A stretch of 37,036 nt of DNA from an archaeon (GCA_030651515.1 JAUSEO010000043.1:1-37036); one strand, 5' to 3'; positions 24,609-34,454 are shown, numbered from the stretch's first letter. Made by a program: numbers and translations. Notes: generated from the letters alone by a model not told the origin.

Positions 24609-25580
24609 ATGGCTCACATTGTTTCAAGAAAGGTTAAGGGGAAAAAATATTACTATCTAGAGGAGTCTTTCAAAGACATGGAAAAATGGGTCAAAGAAAG
24701 CGCTTATCTTGGCCCAGAGAAACCTTCCAAACAGCAATTGCTATCCGCTTTTGAAAAACTCAAAGGGAAATGCAAAGCTCGAAAACACCTGGTTCTTGTT
24801 CAGCCGTTAACAGAATTCATTTCAAACAAAAAAGCATCAGAATTGCAGAAAGCAATAGACAGCAAAAAAGAGTTCCTGGAAAAACTTACGAAAAAACAAA
24901 AAGACGAGTTCGCCAGAAGGGAAAGAATAACATTCATCACGGATTCCAATGCAATCGAAGGAAGCTCCCTAACTTACAGCGAAACCTCAAATATAATAGG
25001 CCAGGAAAAAGAAATCAAAAAGGCAGGAAAAAAACATTTAATAATAATCGGAATCAACCGCGAACAGCAAGAAGCATTAAACCTCAAAGCATGCCTTGAC
25101 CGATACGACAAATACCTGAAAATAAACCAGAAAATAACAGAAAAAACTATACTGCAACTGCATTATATCCTATTAGCAAACATTTCAGGTTATGAAAAGT
25201 ACCAGGGAATCTACAGGCCGGTAAAAGTCTACATTGTCGGCTCAACACATGAATTCCCACTGCCTCAAGAAGTATCAGGGCTGATGAAACAATTAATCCA
25301 ATGGCTCTGGGAAAACGAAGAGCTTATACACCCCGTTGAACTGGCGGCAAAATTCCATACAAAATTCACGACAATACACCCATTTGCGGATGGCAACGGC
25401 AGAATGGCAAGACTTTTGATGAATTACATTCTTCAGCAAAAAGGGTTCCCGTTCACAAACATCCCGCTAAAAAGAAGAGAAACCTACATGAAAACACAGG
25501 CAGCCGGAAACAAAGAAAACCATAAACCATTCACAAAATTCCTGGAAGAAGAAATCATAAAACAACACTTCGACAAATGA
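24609..25580 (+). CDS. Fic-domain protein (putative AMP transferase, class II)
   Basis: Canonical HPFADGNGRMAR; upstream inhibitory-type motif SNAIEG; basic N-terminal GKKYYYL..S segment. Confidence 0.92.
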   Translation: MAHIVSRKVKGKKYYYLEESFKDMEKWVKESAYLGPEKPSKQQLLSAFEKLKGKCKARKHLVLVQPLTEFISNKKASELQKAIDSKKEFLEKLTKKQKDEFARRERITFITDSNAIEGSSLTYSETSNIIGQEKEIKKAGKKHLIIIGINREQQEALNLKACLDRYDKYLKINQKITEKTILQLHYILLANISGYEKYQGIYRPVKVYIVGSTHEFPLPQEVSGLMKQLIQWLWENEELIHPVELAAKFHTKFTTIHPFADGNGRMARLLMNYILQQKGFPFTNIPLKRRETYMKTQAAGNKENHKPFTKFLEEEIIKQHFDK

Positions 25581-25586
25581 GAAACT

Positions 25587-26105
25587 GTGAAAAACATGGA
25601 AAAAAAACTCGCCGCAATCCTGCTTTTGGGGCTCTATTTTTCCGCCTGTGCAACACAGGAAGTAACGGTTGCCCCGGAAGTTTTTTTCTGCCCGGAAGAC
25701 AACTGTGCAGACCATTTGATTGAAAAAATCGATTCGGCAACGAGCACCATTGACATAGCGGTTTATTCTTTCACGCACGACGAAATCGCAGACGCCCTCA
25801 TAAGGGCTGGCGAAAGAGGCGTGAAAGTAAGAGTGCTTGTGGATTTCACACAGTCACAAAACAAGTATTCCGAAGACGAAAGGCTTGGAAAAAATGGCAC
25901 CGAAGTCAAAACCGTGAGAAAAAGCGGCGGAATCATGCACAACAAGTTCATAGTGATTGACGGCGCGCTTGTAGGCACGGGTTCGTTCAACTACTCGCGC
26001 AACGCGGACGAGTCAAACGACGAGAACCTCGTATTCCTTTCAGACGCAAAAACGGCAAAAAAATATTTGGAAGAATTCGGAGAAATATGGGCTGAAACAG
26101 GGTGA
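25587..26105 (+). CDS. Single-HKD phospholipase D-family nuclease (Nuc-like), probably a lipoprotein
   Basis: HNKFIVID...GSFN...NDEN; IDIAVYSFT; N-terminal hydrophobic stretch ending FSAC. Start may be ATG 25596. Confidence 0.85.
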   Translation: MKNMEKKLAAILLLGLYFSACATQEVTVAPEVFFCPEDNCADHLIEKIDSATSTIDIAVYSFTHDEIADALIRAGERGVKVRVLVDFTQSQNKYSEDERLGKNGTEVKTVRKSGGIMHNKFIVIDGALVGTGSFNYSRNADESNDENLVFLSDAKTAKKYLEEFGEIWAETG

Positions 26106-26139
26106 ATTTAGAAAGATTGATGCAGCTGTAAGTGTCCTT

Positions 26140-26325
26140 TTGAAGAGTGACACTTTTTTAAATTGTTTCTCATTGTCCGAATGCATGGATTATTTCAAGC
26201 TCACAAAAGGAACAATAATAACATTCAGCGAAGAAACCGAAACAGAAAAAAACGGCAAGAAGATAAACATCATCCCCGCATGGAAATGGCTCCTGGAAAA
26301 CAATGACCCAAAAGAAAAAAAGTGA
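26140..26325 (+). pseudogene. C-terminal remnant of a COG1373/DUF4143-type AAA+ ATPase
   Basis: ECMDYFKLTKGTIIT...KKINIIPAWKWLL resembles the terminal segment of that family; no P-loop region upstream. Confidence 0.65.
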
Positions 26326-26426
26326 AAAAAACGAATTTTAAAAAATTGCTTCATTTTGTCTGCCAATATCCATTGTTTGCCGGGCTTCAAATGGCAAAAC
26401 TGGCACTTTTGGCAGGTGGCATGTTT

Positions 26427-26706
26427 TATGTTCCACTTAGTGGTTAAAGTGGCACATATTTTGTTCCACTTTAGAAAGGTTGTGATTGCCAACAAGCAGG
26501 ATAATATAGCAAAAAGCATATGTATTTGAACATTTGAATTGCTTTTTGCATATAACAAACCGCAATAAAAAGTTCAAAAATATAAGCGGTTTGCTATATG
26601 TTTTACAACACATGTTTTGTTGCCCACTATAATAGGTGTGGCAAGTGTTACTACCAGCGTATCACTTTTAATAGAAAGTGATATTAATTTTGTATCACTT
26701 TAGAAA
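26427..26706. repeat. AT-rich non-coding block with several inverted repeats and a duplicated CACTT-N8-AAGTG...CACTTTAGAAAG module
   Basis: IRs at 26427-26458, 26549-26600, 26620-26644 and 26660-26683; CACTTTAGAAAG occurs twice. Confidence 0.65.
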
Positions 26707-27092
26707 GACTTATATTTTGTGTGGAAAGGATTTCTCTTGAAGAAAACTTTGGAATTTCGAAACTCATTTTCGAATCACCCCCGATAGCGAGAAAATGAAT
26801 TTTTTTTCATGGAAACGCCTCCGCGTTGCTTGGAGGCATTAAACGCCTTAGCCGAAGACGACCCCTTTAGGGGGAAGGCTTTAAGCCGAGAAGCAATCGA
26901 GTTGGAATGAAAAAAAATTCGCGAAGCGAAGGAGGTGCGGAAAAGGGGTTTAAGCACCGCAAGACTGAGACGTAGGAAAAAAAGATGGAGTTGGAGTGAT
27001 AAGGATTTTTGGAAAGTTTCGCACCGGCAGTGAACCCTCTGGATATTTATAAACCAGAGGCAGCCAATGCTAATTGTGCAGGGGGTGCACAG

Positions 27093-27695
27093 ATGAAAAT
27101 AGCATTTTTTGATTTGGAAACAAAATACCTATTTGAGGATTTGGACGGGGGATATTCCACTATGAGCTCTTTGGATAAGAAAAAAAGAGTTGATGTCTTG
27201 ATTCCACAAATCGGTCTGGCGACGGCATGTATAATTACAGATAGCTCAAAACCAGAAACATTCGTGTTTGACGAAGGCAAAGAAAAAGAACTCATAGAAG
27301 CGCTTAACGGATATGAGCGCATTGTGGGGCACAATGTGTTAAACTTTGACTACCGCGTGCTATCAGGCCAATTCAATGGAGACATAGTCGCCCACTACAC
27401 CCCAAAAACACTGGATACTTTTGAAGAACTCAAAAAAGCAACCATTGGCCAATGGATTGGGCTAGACGACCTTGCACAGCAAAATTTAGGGAAAAATAAA
27501 ACAGAAGACTCAAAAAAAATCCCTTCAATGTGGAGAGCGGGCAAAAAACCAGAAGTAAGAGCCTATTGTAAAAACGACGTCCAACTCCTAAAAGATGTTT
27601 ACTATTATGGAAAAGAACACGGAAAACTAAAATATACAAAAAAGGACTACGGCAGAGTAATTGGAATAGAAGAAGTGAAAACACCATGGCTTTAA
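27093..27695 (+). CDS. Stand-alone RNase H-like DEDDy 3'-5' exonuclease (YprB / RNase_H_2-like)
   Basis: FDLET, GHNVLNFD, LD, YCKNDV. Start placed at ATG 27093. Confidence 0.82.
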   Translation: MKIAFFDLETKYLFEDLDGGYSTMSSLDKKKRVDVLIPQIGLATACIITDSSKPETFVFDEGKEKELIEALNGYERIVGHNVLNFDYRVLSGQFNGDIVAHYTPKTLDTFEELKKATIGQWIGLDDLAQQNLGKNKTEDSKKIPSMWRAGKKPEVRAYCKNDVQLLKDVYYYGKEHGKLKYTKKDYGRVIGIEEVKTPWL

Positions 27696-27840
27696 GAGAA
27701 GTTAAATCCAAGGCGTTCTAAGATTAAAGAAAAATTGATGTTAAAAACCCGGAAAACTTTCATGGAAAGGTATAATTCAGGGGGAAAAATTTTCTTTGAT
27801 TCGGGTTTCTTTTTGGCAAAATATATTACACGGGCAGTTT

Positions 27841-28197
27841 TCATTTTTTTCCCGGTTCCGTGTAAAAACCGAGTTTTATGACTGTTCCTGCTGCAACAGT
27901 CCCATTGGCAAGCGTTCCTGTTTCGGGGCGGCCAACGCGGGCCATGATGTGCATGGAGCCGAACAACTCGTCAAAACTTAGCTTGAAGCCCCCGCTTGCG
28001 TGGATGACTTTTGAATCCTTTAGGCTAAGGGTTTTGAAGTTCTGGCCAACCATTGTAGTCATTTTACCCACCTTGATTGTGCCATCCAGGTAGTCAACCG
28101 TGCATTCCTTGATGGAATGGTTCTTCATTGCAAGCTTTATGGACTCAAGCACGCCGTCATTTTCGTCAAGCTCCAAAACCAACTGTTTTTTCACCAT
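27841..28197 (-). CDS. PPC / DUF296 domain protein
   Basis: LVLEL...DGVLESI, G.I..., MHI...G.L..G.V pattern; about 118 aa from ATG 28197. Confidence 0.65.
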   Translation of the reverse strand: MVKKQLVLELDENDGVLESIKLAMKNHSIKECTVDYLDGTIKVGKMTTMVGQNFKTLSLKDSKVIHASGGFKLSFDELFGSMHIMARVGRPETGTLANGTVAAGTVIKLGFYTEPGKK

Positions 28198-28318
28198 CTT
28201 GTTCTTATAAAAATCCGAAAAAACCCCTGCCAAGCAAATCATCCCCAAAAGCTTTTGAAAAAAAAAACCTTATCAGAAAATAGGATGGTAAAAAATATAA
28301 AACAGGGTCTTTAACGCG

Positions 28319-28669
28319 TTACCCCGCGTTTTGGGCAATTTTGGCATAGGCCTTGGTTTTTCCAAAAACCCTTTTTTTTGCCGCCTTGAAAACCCTTGCA
28401 AGCCAAGCAGCAAAACCTATCAACAGCACGAGTGCCACGAAAAACAATGAGGCAAAAACGGCAAAAAGTGTTGAAACAAAAGGGACTTTTGACACAAGGC
28501 TTGACTTTTTTTCTGCCCAGCTCCTTGAAACCGCGAACAGGAAAAGGAACACGAAAAACGAGTAAAAAAACTTTTTCTTTACACGAACCGACACGGAATC
28601 ATTATTCTTTCCAATAGGCTTTTCTTCGACTGACACCACATTCACCTCTGAATTTTTTGATTTTATCAA
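28319..28669 (-). CDS. Hypothetical membrane protein
   Basis: Two hydrophobic segments and a basic C-terminus; start uncertain. Confidence 0.5.
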   Translation of the reverse strand: MIKSKNSEVNVVSVEEKPIGKNNDSVSVRVKKKFFYSFFVFLFLFAVSRSWAEKKSSLVSKVPFVSTLFAVFASLFFVALVLLIGFAAWLARVFKAAKKRVFGKTKAYAKIAQNAG

Positions 28670-28751
28670 AAAAATTTTGAAAAAATTATTTTTTTTGGGG
28701 GATGAATAAGTAGAGCAATAGTTTCTTTTAAAAAAGTATCCCCGTTTTTTT

Positions 28752-30167
28752 CTACATTAAATGTTTCTGGTTTTTTTTTGCAAGTAGTTCCTGCACGATT
28801 TTCGCGTTTGCCTTTCCCTTTGTCTTTCGCACAACCTGGCCTACAATGAAATTGACTGCCTTTGCCCCGCCGGCACGCAAATCTGCAATTGCACGGGGGT
28901 TCTCTGCCAGGACTTCTTCAAGTGCTTTCCCTATTTCTTTTTCACCCAGGTCAAGCAGCAGATTGTTTTTCTCAAGGAAGTCGCAGGGGTCTTTCTTTTC
29001 AAGGACGTGCTTAATCATTGCAACCTTTGCGTTTTTTTCGCCAACCAGGCCGCCTTCAATCATTTTCAAAAGCCCCACAATGGATTTTTCCGACAAGCCT
29101 GCCTCCCTTGGGGTGATTTTGTTGTAGTTAAGTATCCCCATGACTTCGCGCGTCAAAAACTTTGCAGCAGTCAATGGCTTTACTTGCTTTATGGCCTGTT
29201 CAAAAATGCCTGCAATGACCGGCTCGGAAGCTATAACGCGTGCATCATAATCTGGCAAGCCCGATTTTTTGAACTTTTCGACTTTTTGTGAAAAAAGCTC
29301 CGGAATGGAACTTTTGAGTCCTGCCAGGTATTTTTCAGACATGGAAACAGGCGGAATGTCCGGGTCAAAAATGTAGCCATAGTCTTCCTCTGTTTCTTTT
29401 TCGCGCATGGAAAAAGTAGAACCCGTTTTTTCGTCAAAACCCCTGGTTTCCCTTGCAACTTTTTTTCCTCCAGAAATGGTTTTTCTCTGCCGTTCCTCTT
29501 CAGAAAGCAGCGCGGTTTCAACCGCCTTAAAGCCCGTCACGTTTTTTACTTCCACGCGGTTGCTTCCTTCAATGGAGATGTTTGCATCCGCCTTGAGCGC
29601 GTTTTTTCCATGGACAAAAACCCCAAGGTAATCCAGCGTGACCACAAGGGCGTTGAGGAATTCGCGCGCCTCTTTTGGCCCGTCCATGTCCGGCTCCGTG
29701 ACTATCTCAACCAAGGGTATGCCTGAGCGGTTATAATCCACAAGGGAGAAAGCACTTGACTGTGCACTCCCCTCGTGCACAAGCGACGCGGGGTCTTCTT
29801 CAAGCTGCAGCCTGCGTATCCTGATTTTTTTCCCGCTTGAAAGAACAACAAACCCGTTTTCGCCGACCGGTTTTTCAAACTGGGTAATCTGGTAGTTTTT
29901 TGCAAGGTCGGGGTAAAAATATGTCTTGCGCGAGAAAAAAAACTCGCGATTGGCCTGGCAGTCCAATGCAAGGGCAGTCCTGACCGCCATTTCAACGGCC
30001 TTTTTGTTGAGGAACGGTTTGCTTCCAGGCAGGCCAAGGCAGGTCCCGCATACGGCTGTGTTTGGCTCGCTTGCCTCTGTGGGGCAGGAGCAGAAAAGCT
30101 TTGACTTTGTGGAAAGCTGGACGTGCACTTCAAGGCCAATGACTGTTTTTGCCTGTGTGCTTTTCAT
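28752..30167 (-). CDS. gatB: Asp-tRNA(Asn)/Glu-tRNA(Gln) amidotransferase subunit B
   Basis: IGLEVHVQL, RKTYFYPDL.K.YQITQ, DYNRSG.PL.EIVTEPD, RVEVKN, MREKE...DY.Y. Confidence 0.95.
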   Translation of the reverse strand: MKSTQAKTVIGLEVHVQLSTKSKLFCSCPTEASEPNTAVCGTCLGLPGSKPFLNKKAVEMAVRTALALDCQANREFFFSRKTYFYPDLAKNYQITQFEKPVGENGFVVLSSGKKIRIRRLQLEEDPASLVHEGSAQSSAFSLVDYNRSGIPLVEIVTEPDMDGPKEAREFLNALVVTLDYLGVFVHGKNALKADANISIEGSNRVEVKNVTGFKAVETALLSEEERQRKTISGGKKVARETRGFDEKTGSTFSMREKETEEDYGYIFDPDIPPVSMSEKYLAGLKSSIPELFSQKVEKFKKSGLPDYDARVIASEPVIAGIFEQAIKQVKPLTAAKFLTREVMGILNYNKITPREAGLSEKSIVGLLKMIEGGLVGEKNAKVAMIKHVLEKKDPCDFLEKNNLLLDLGEKEIGKALEEVLAENPRAIADLRAGGAKAVNFIVGQVVRKTKGKANAKIVQELLAKKNQKHLM

Positions 30168-30940
30168 GGCTTCACCAGGTGCTTCAACAGTTTTTCGTGA
30201 ATCAGGCCGTTTGACGCCACGAATGCTTCGCTGAATGGCGTGGCTTTTTTGCCGGAAAAATCTGTCACGGTCCCGCCTGCTTCCCCGACTACGAGGATTC
30301 CTGCCGCGGCGTCCCAGGGAAAAAGCTTGTGCTCAAAATAACCGTCAAGGCTTCCTGCAGCAACCAGGCACAGGTCCAGAACCGCGGAACCACACTGCCT
30401 GATTCCCTGTGTTTCCCCAATCAGGTTTGAAATGCCCTGGATTGTTTTTGCCGCAAGTTCCCCGCGCTCGTATGGAAAGCCTGTTGCAAGCACGCACTCG
30501 ATGAGCTCCGTGTTTTTCGAGACACTGATTTTTTTTTCGTTCCAAAAAGCGCCCCTGCCTTTTACGGCGTGGAAAAAATCCCCTGTAATTGGATTAAAAG
30601 CGGCTCCAAGAACCGGTTCGCCGTCCACGAGCAGGGCAATCGAGGAGCAGAACCACGGCACGCCATGTGCAAAGTTAATGGTGCCGTCAATGGGGTCAAC
30701 TATCCACACCCGGTCATCGCTGTCCCCGCTTTTTCCGCTCTCTTCCTCCAAAAAAGAGTCGCGCGGAAAACTCTTTGAAATGATTTCGTGGATTTTTCTC
30801 TCGCTTTCAAGGTCTGCCTGTGTAACAATGTCAATCCTGCCTTTTTTTTTCACGAAAAATTTTTTGCGGAAATACTTTAGCATTATTTTTCCCGCCTCGC
30901 GTGAAGCCTTTGACGCAACCTTTAATTCTTGTTCAAGCAT
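30164..30940 (-). CDS. suhB: Inositol monophosphatase (SuhB family)
   Basis: DIVT.AD, EE, WIVDPIDGT.NF.HG, GSA.LDL, PWD.AAG...EAGG. ATG 30940 overlaps the gatA stop and its own stop overlaps the gatB start. Confidence 0.92.
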   Translation of the reverse strand: MLEQELKVASKASREAGKIMLKYFRKKFFVKKKGRIDIVTQADLESERKIHEIISKSFPRDSFLEEESGKSGDSDDRVWIVDPIDGTINFAHGVPWFCSSIALLVDGEPVLGAAFNPITGDFFHAVKGRGAFWNEKKISVSKNTELIECVLATGFPYERGELAAKTIQGISNLIGETQGIRQCGSAVLDLCLVAAGSLDGYFEHKLFPWDAAAGILVVGEAGGTVTDFSGKKATPFSEAFVASNGLIHEKLLKHLVKP

Positions 30941-32381
30941 TTTTTGCACCTTCTTCGACAAGTGAGCCTGCGCTTATGAGCCCTGATTCCTGGAAATGGT
31001 TCGCAGTGAACATGAAACCAACTGGCATTCCTTTGTGGAAACCCGCGTTCACGGATATGTGCGGAAAGCCACCTAGGTTTGAGGGAGTGAGAAAAATGTC
31101 GGCAAAATAATGCTGGACTGGCGTGAGTTTTTCTATTTCTGAAAAAGTGGGCGCCACAAAAGGCATTGCCGGGTGAACCACGAGGTCAACTTGTTTGAAC
31201 AATTCCAAAAATTCAAGCATGAGTTTTCTGCGCACTTTTAACGCGCGAAGGTAGTACGCGTCGCGAAAGCCGCTCATGCGTGCAAACGTCCCAAGCATGA
31301 GCCTTCTTTTCACTTCCAACCCAAAGCCATTGCTCCGGATTTCGGAGAAATACTCGTCAAAGCTCTTGCCTGCAAAATCACCTGACAGGCCATAGCGCAT
31401 GCCGCAGTAGCGTGCAAGGTTTGTTGACGCCTCAGGCGTTGAAATCAGGTAATATGCCGGGATGGCGAATTTTTTGTTCATGGAAAGGGAAACCTCTTTT
31501 GTTTTCACGCCCTCTTTTTCAAGAAATGAAACCATGTCAAAAAAAACTTTTGCAACCCCAAAGTCCAGGTCGTTTCCGACAAAGTCTTTCACGATTCCAA
31601 TGGTTTTTCCTTTCAGGCTTTTTCCCACAAACGATTCAAAGCCGCCCGTTTTTTTGTCCACGCACGTGGAATCCTTGTTGTCCGGGCCGCTTGAAACTTC
31701 AAGAAGGCGTGCAGCCTCGGAAACGGTTTTTGCCATTGGCCCAATCTTGTCAAGGCTGTTGCCATAGTCAATCAAGCCATGGCGGCTGAGCAGGCCATAA
31801 GTCGGGGTGAACCCCACGCTGCCGCAAAAGCTTGCAGGGCACGCAATGCTTCCACCCGTGCTCTCGCCAAAAGAAACCTGGGTTAATTTTGTGAGTGAAG
31901 TAAAGCCCGCGCTCCCACCACTTGAACCCCCGCATGCACGGCCTTCGTCAAATGGGTTCCTTGGAACCTCAAAGCCTACCCCGACGTTCACGCTGTAGGA
32001 GCCAAAGCCAAACTCGTCCTGGCTGGTCTTGCCAAGGACAAAAGCACCTTCAGCCAGGGCTCGCTCTACGACTGTCGCACTGCTTGGCGGGACATAACCG
32101 GACAGTACCTTGCTTCCTGCGCGCGTCTCAACGCCTTCAACGCAGATTGAATCCTTGACTGACAAACCCGCACCCAAGAGTTTTCCGTGAAAGCCCTTCT
32201 TCACTTTCTTGTCAAGCTCACGTGCCTGTTCAAGCGCAACTTTTTCTGAAACCATGCAGAAGTGGTGGAACTTTTTGTTTGTTTTGCTTATTTCTTCAAG
32301 CAGGGAATGGCACTGTTCCTCACAGGTGGTTTCTCCGCTCAAAATTTTTTCACGCAAGGCCTGGACTGAAAGAGCTTTCAT
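30933..32381 (-). CDS. gatA: Amidotransferase subunit A (amidase signature family)
   Basis: VKD, GKT..DEF, GGSSGGS, STGGSI, NLARY.G.RYG, EVKRR..LGT. Start at ATG 32381 (ATGA overlap with gatC). Confidence 0.93.
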   Translation of the reverse strand: MKALSVQALREKILSGETTCEEQCHSLLEEISKTNKKFHHFCMVSEKVALEQARELDKKVKKGFHGKLLGAGLSVKDSICVEGVETRAGSKVLSGYVPPSSATVVERALAEGAFVLGKTSQDEFGFGSYSVNVGVGFEVPRNPFDEGRACGGSSGGSAGFTSLTKLTQVSFGESTGGSIACPASFCGSVGFTPTYGLLSRHGLIDYGNSLDKIGPMAKTVSEAARLLEVSSGPDNKDSTCVDKKTGGFESFVGKSLKGKTIGIVKDFVGNDLDFGVAKVFFDMVSFLEKEGVKTKEVSLSMNKKFAIPAYYLISTPEASTNLARYCGMRYGLSGDFAGKSFDEYFSEIRSNGFGLEVKRRLMLGTFARMSGFRDAYYLRALKVRRKLMLEFLELFKQVDLVVHPAMPFVAPTFSEIEKLTPVQHYFADIFLTPSNLGGFPHISVNAGFHKGMPVGFMFTANHFQESGLISAGSLVEEGAKNA

Positions 32382-32671
32382 ACAACCACCCTTGGCGCCT
32401 TGAAGTAACCGTTTTTTTTGTGGACAGTGTTTGAAAGCGCTTTGTCCTGGGTGAGGCATTCTCCTGCTTTGTCTTCGCGGAAAACGTTTTTCATTTCAAC
32501 AGGGTGGAGTGCAGGCTCAATGCCTTCCACGTCAAGTTCGGAAATTTTTCTGAAAGTTTCAAGCATTTCAGAGAATTGTGGAAGAAGTTTTTGAATCTCT
32601 GCCTCGGAGAGTTTGAGGCGGCAATTTTTTGCGACTTTTTGGAGCAATTCCCGCGATACTTTTTCTTCCAA
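32378..32671 (-). CDS. gatC: Amidotransferase subunit C
   Basis: VA...RL.L.E.E, L.VEG.EP, NVFRED, GYFKAPRV; TTG 32671 follows SD-like GGGGTGA. Confidence 0.9.
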   Translation of the reverse strand: MEEKVSRELLQKVAKNCRLKLSEAEIQKLLPQFSEMLETFRKISELDVEGIEPALHPVEMKNVFREDKAGECLTQDKALSNTVHKKNGYFKAPRVVV

Positions 32672-32678
32672 AAAAATT

Positions 32679-34454
32679 TCACCCCTTTTTCTGTGAAAAA
32701 TCAAGCTTTATGCGGAGTTCCCTAAGCTGTTTTTCCGAAACCGCACTTGGCGCGCCATCCATGAGCGAAACCGCTGACTTGTTCTTTGGAAAAGCAATGA
32801 CCTCGCGGATAGAGTCAGCGCCTGCAAGGAGCATTGCAATCCTGTCCAAGCCAAACGCTATCCCGCCATGCGGCGGGGTGCCGTACTTGAGTGCTTCGAG
32901 GAAAAAACCAAAGCGCGCCTCGGCTTCGGGCCTCGAGATTCCAAGCACGTCAAACATTTTCTGCTGAAGTTCTGTTGAATGAATCCTAATGCTTCCACCG
33001 CCCATTTCAATCCCGTTGAGCACTAAATCATAAGCGCGCGCCCTGGCTTTCAATGGTTCTTTGTCAAGCAATGGAACGTCCTCCGGTTTTGGCGAAGTGA
33101 AAGGGTGGTGCATTGACTCAAGGCGGTTTTCCTCCTCGTTGAAAAACAAAAGCGGGAACTCGTACACCCAGACAAAGTTGAAAACGTTTTCCTTCACCAA
33201 CCCAATTTTTTTTGCCACGTGCTTGCGCAGATACCCAAGCGCAGGATTCACAACTGAAGGTTTGTCTGCAACAAAAACCAGCAAATCGTTTTCGCCTGCA
33301 TTCAGTTTTTTTGCAAGCAAGTCAAGGGTTTTTTTGGGGAAAAACTTTTTTATCGCCCCGTCAAAACCATTTTTTGAATGCACGAGCCATGCAAGGCCCT
33401 TTGCCTTGTAGATTTTCACAAACTCGGTCAGTTCTTCTATTTCTTTTTTTGAAAAGCCGCCGCACGACTTGAGGTTCACTGCCTTGACCATGCCACCTGA
33501 TTTGAGCGCGTCCTTGAAAACATTGAAATCTGATTCACGGACTTCGCTTGAAACATCAACAAGCTCCAAGCCATACCTCGTGTCTGGCGCGTCAACACCA
33601 AAGCGCTCCATTGCCTCGTCAAAAGACATCCGCGGAAACGGCGGTTTGAGCTGAACGTTGATTGTTTTTGAAAAAATTTCCTTCACGAGGCCCTCGACTA
33701 TTTCAAAAATGTCTTCCTCGGAAATAAAACTCATTTCAACGTCAATCTGTGTGAATTCGGGCTGGCGGTCGGCGCGCAGGTCCTCGTCGCGGAAACAGCG
33801 GGCAATCTGGAAGTACCTGTCACAGCCTGAAACCATGAGCAATTGCTTGAACAACTGGGGGCTCTGTGGAAGGGCAAAGAACCTGCCGGGGTTGACCCTG
33901 CTTGGGACAAGGTAGTCGCGCGCCCCTTCAGGCGTTGACTTTGCAAGAATCGGGGTCTCTATCTCCAAAAAACCGTGTGAGTCAAAATAATCCCGCACCA
34001 CTTTTGCGAGCTTGTGGCGGAGGAGGAGTTTTTCCTGCATTGAGTGCCTGCGCAAGTCCAAAAAACGGTACTTGAGCCTTGTTTCCTCGCTTGCAGTAAC
34101 GTGTTCTGCAACCTCAAGCGGCACAGGAAGCGCCTTGTTTAACACTTCAAGGGTTTTTGCCTCAACCTCTACTTCTCCGGTTACTGGCAGGTTCTTGTTT
34201 TCCGTGCCGGACGGCCTTTTCAGGACTTTGCCGTGGACACAAACCACGTCCTCGGCTCCAAGTGCTTTGGCATGCCCGTGGATTTCACGGTTTTTCTCGC
34301 CGTTAAACACTATCTGGACAAAGCCGGCCCTGTCACGCAGGTCAATGAAGGTCAGGCCGCCGTGGTCGCGCTTGTTGCTCACCCAGCCGAAAAGAACCAC
34401 GTCCTTGCCGGCGTCCGCTGCCCCGACATTTCCGCAATAATGAGTCCTCTGCAT
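32679..34454 (-). CDS. aspS: Aspartate--tRNA ligase, bacterial-type with GAD insertion, predicted non-discriminating
   Basis: 591 aa; [65 protein letters not shown]; His31 and Gly83. Confidence 0.95.
   Translation of the reverse strand: MQRTHYCGNVGAADAGKDVVLFGWVSNKRDHGGLTFIDLRDRAGFVQIVFNGEKNREIHGHAKALGAEDVVCVHGKVLKRPSGTENKNLPVTGEVEVEAKTLEVLNKALPVPLEVAEHVTASEETRLKYRFLDLRRHSMQEKLLLRHKLAKVVRDYFDSHGFLEIETPILAKSTPEGARDYLVPSRVNPGRFFALPQSPQLFKQLLMVSGCDRYFQIARCFRDEDLRADRQPEFTQIDVEMSFISEEDIFEIVEGLVKEIFSKTINVQLKPPFPRMSFDEAMERFGVDAPDTRYGLELVDVSSEVRESDFNVFKDALKSGGMVKAVNLKSCGGFSKKEIEELTEFVKIYKAKGLAWLVHSKNGFDGAIKKFFPKKTLDLLAKKLNAGENDLLVFVADKPSVVNPALGYLRKHVAKKIGLVKENVFNFVWVYEFPLLFFNEEENRLESMHHPFTSPKPEDVPLLDKEPLKARARAYDLVLNGIEMGGGSIRIHSTELQQKMFDVLGISRPEAEARFGFFLEALKYGTPPHGGIAFGLDRIAMLLAGADSIREVIAFPKNKSAVSLMDGAPSAVSEKQLRELRIKLDFSQKKG

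Noticed and set aside
26190-26558. 122-aa minus-strand ORF with CQKCQFC
   Set aside because: It lies antisense to the ATPase remnant and runs through the palindrome block; the cysteines arise from repeated TGGCA sequences.
26326-27000. CRISPR array or definite replication origin / dif site
   Set aside because: No regularly spaced identical repeats, no cdc6/orc gene, no G-string ORB, and no inverted repeat matching both arms of a Xer site.
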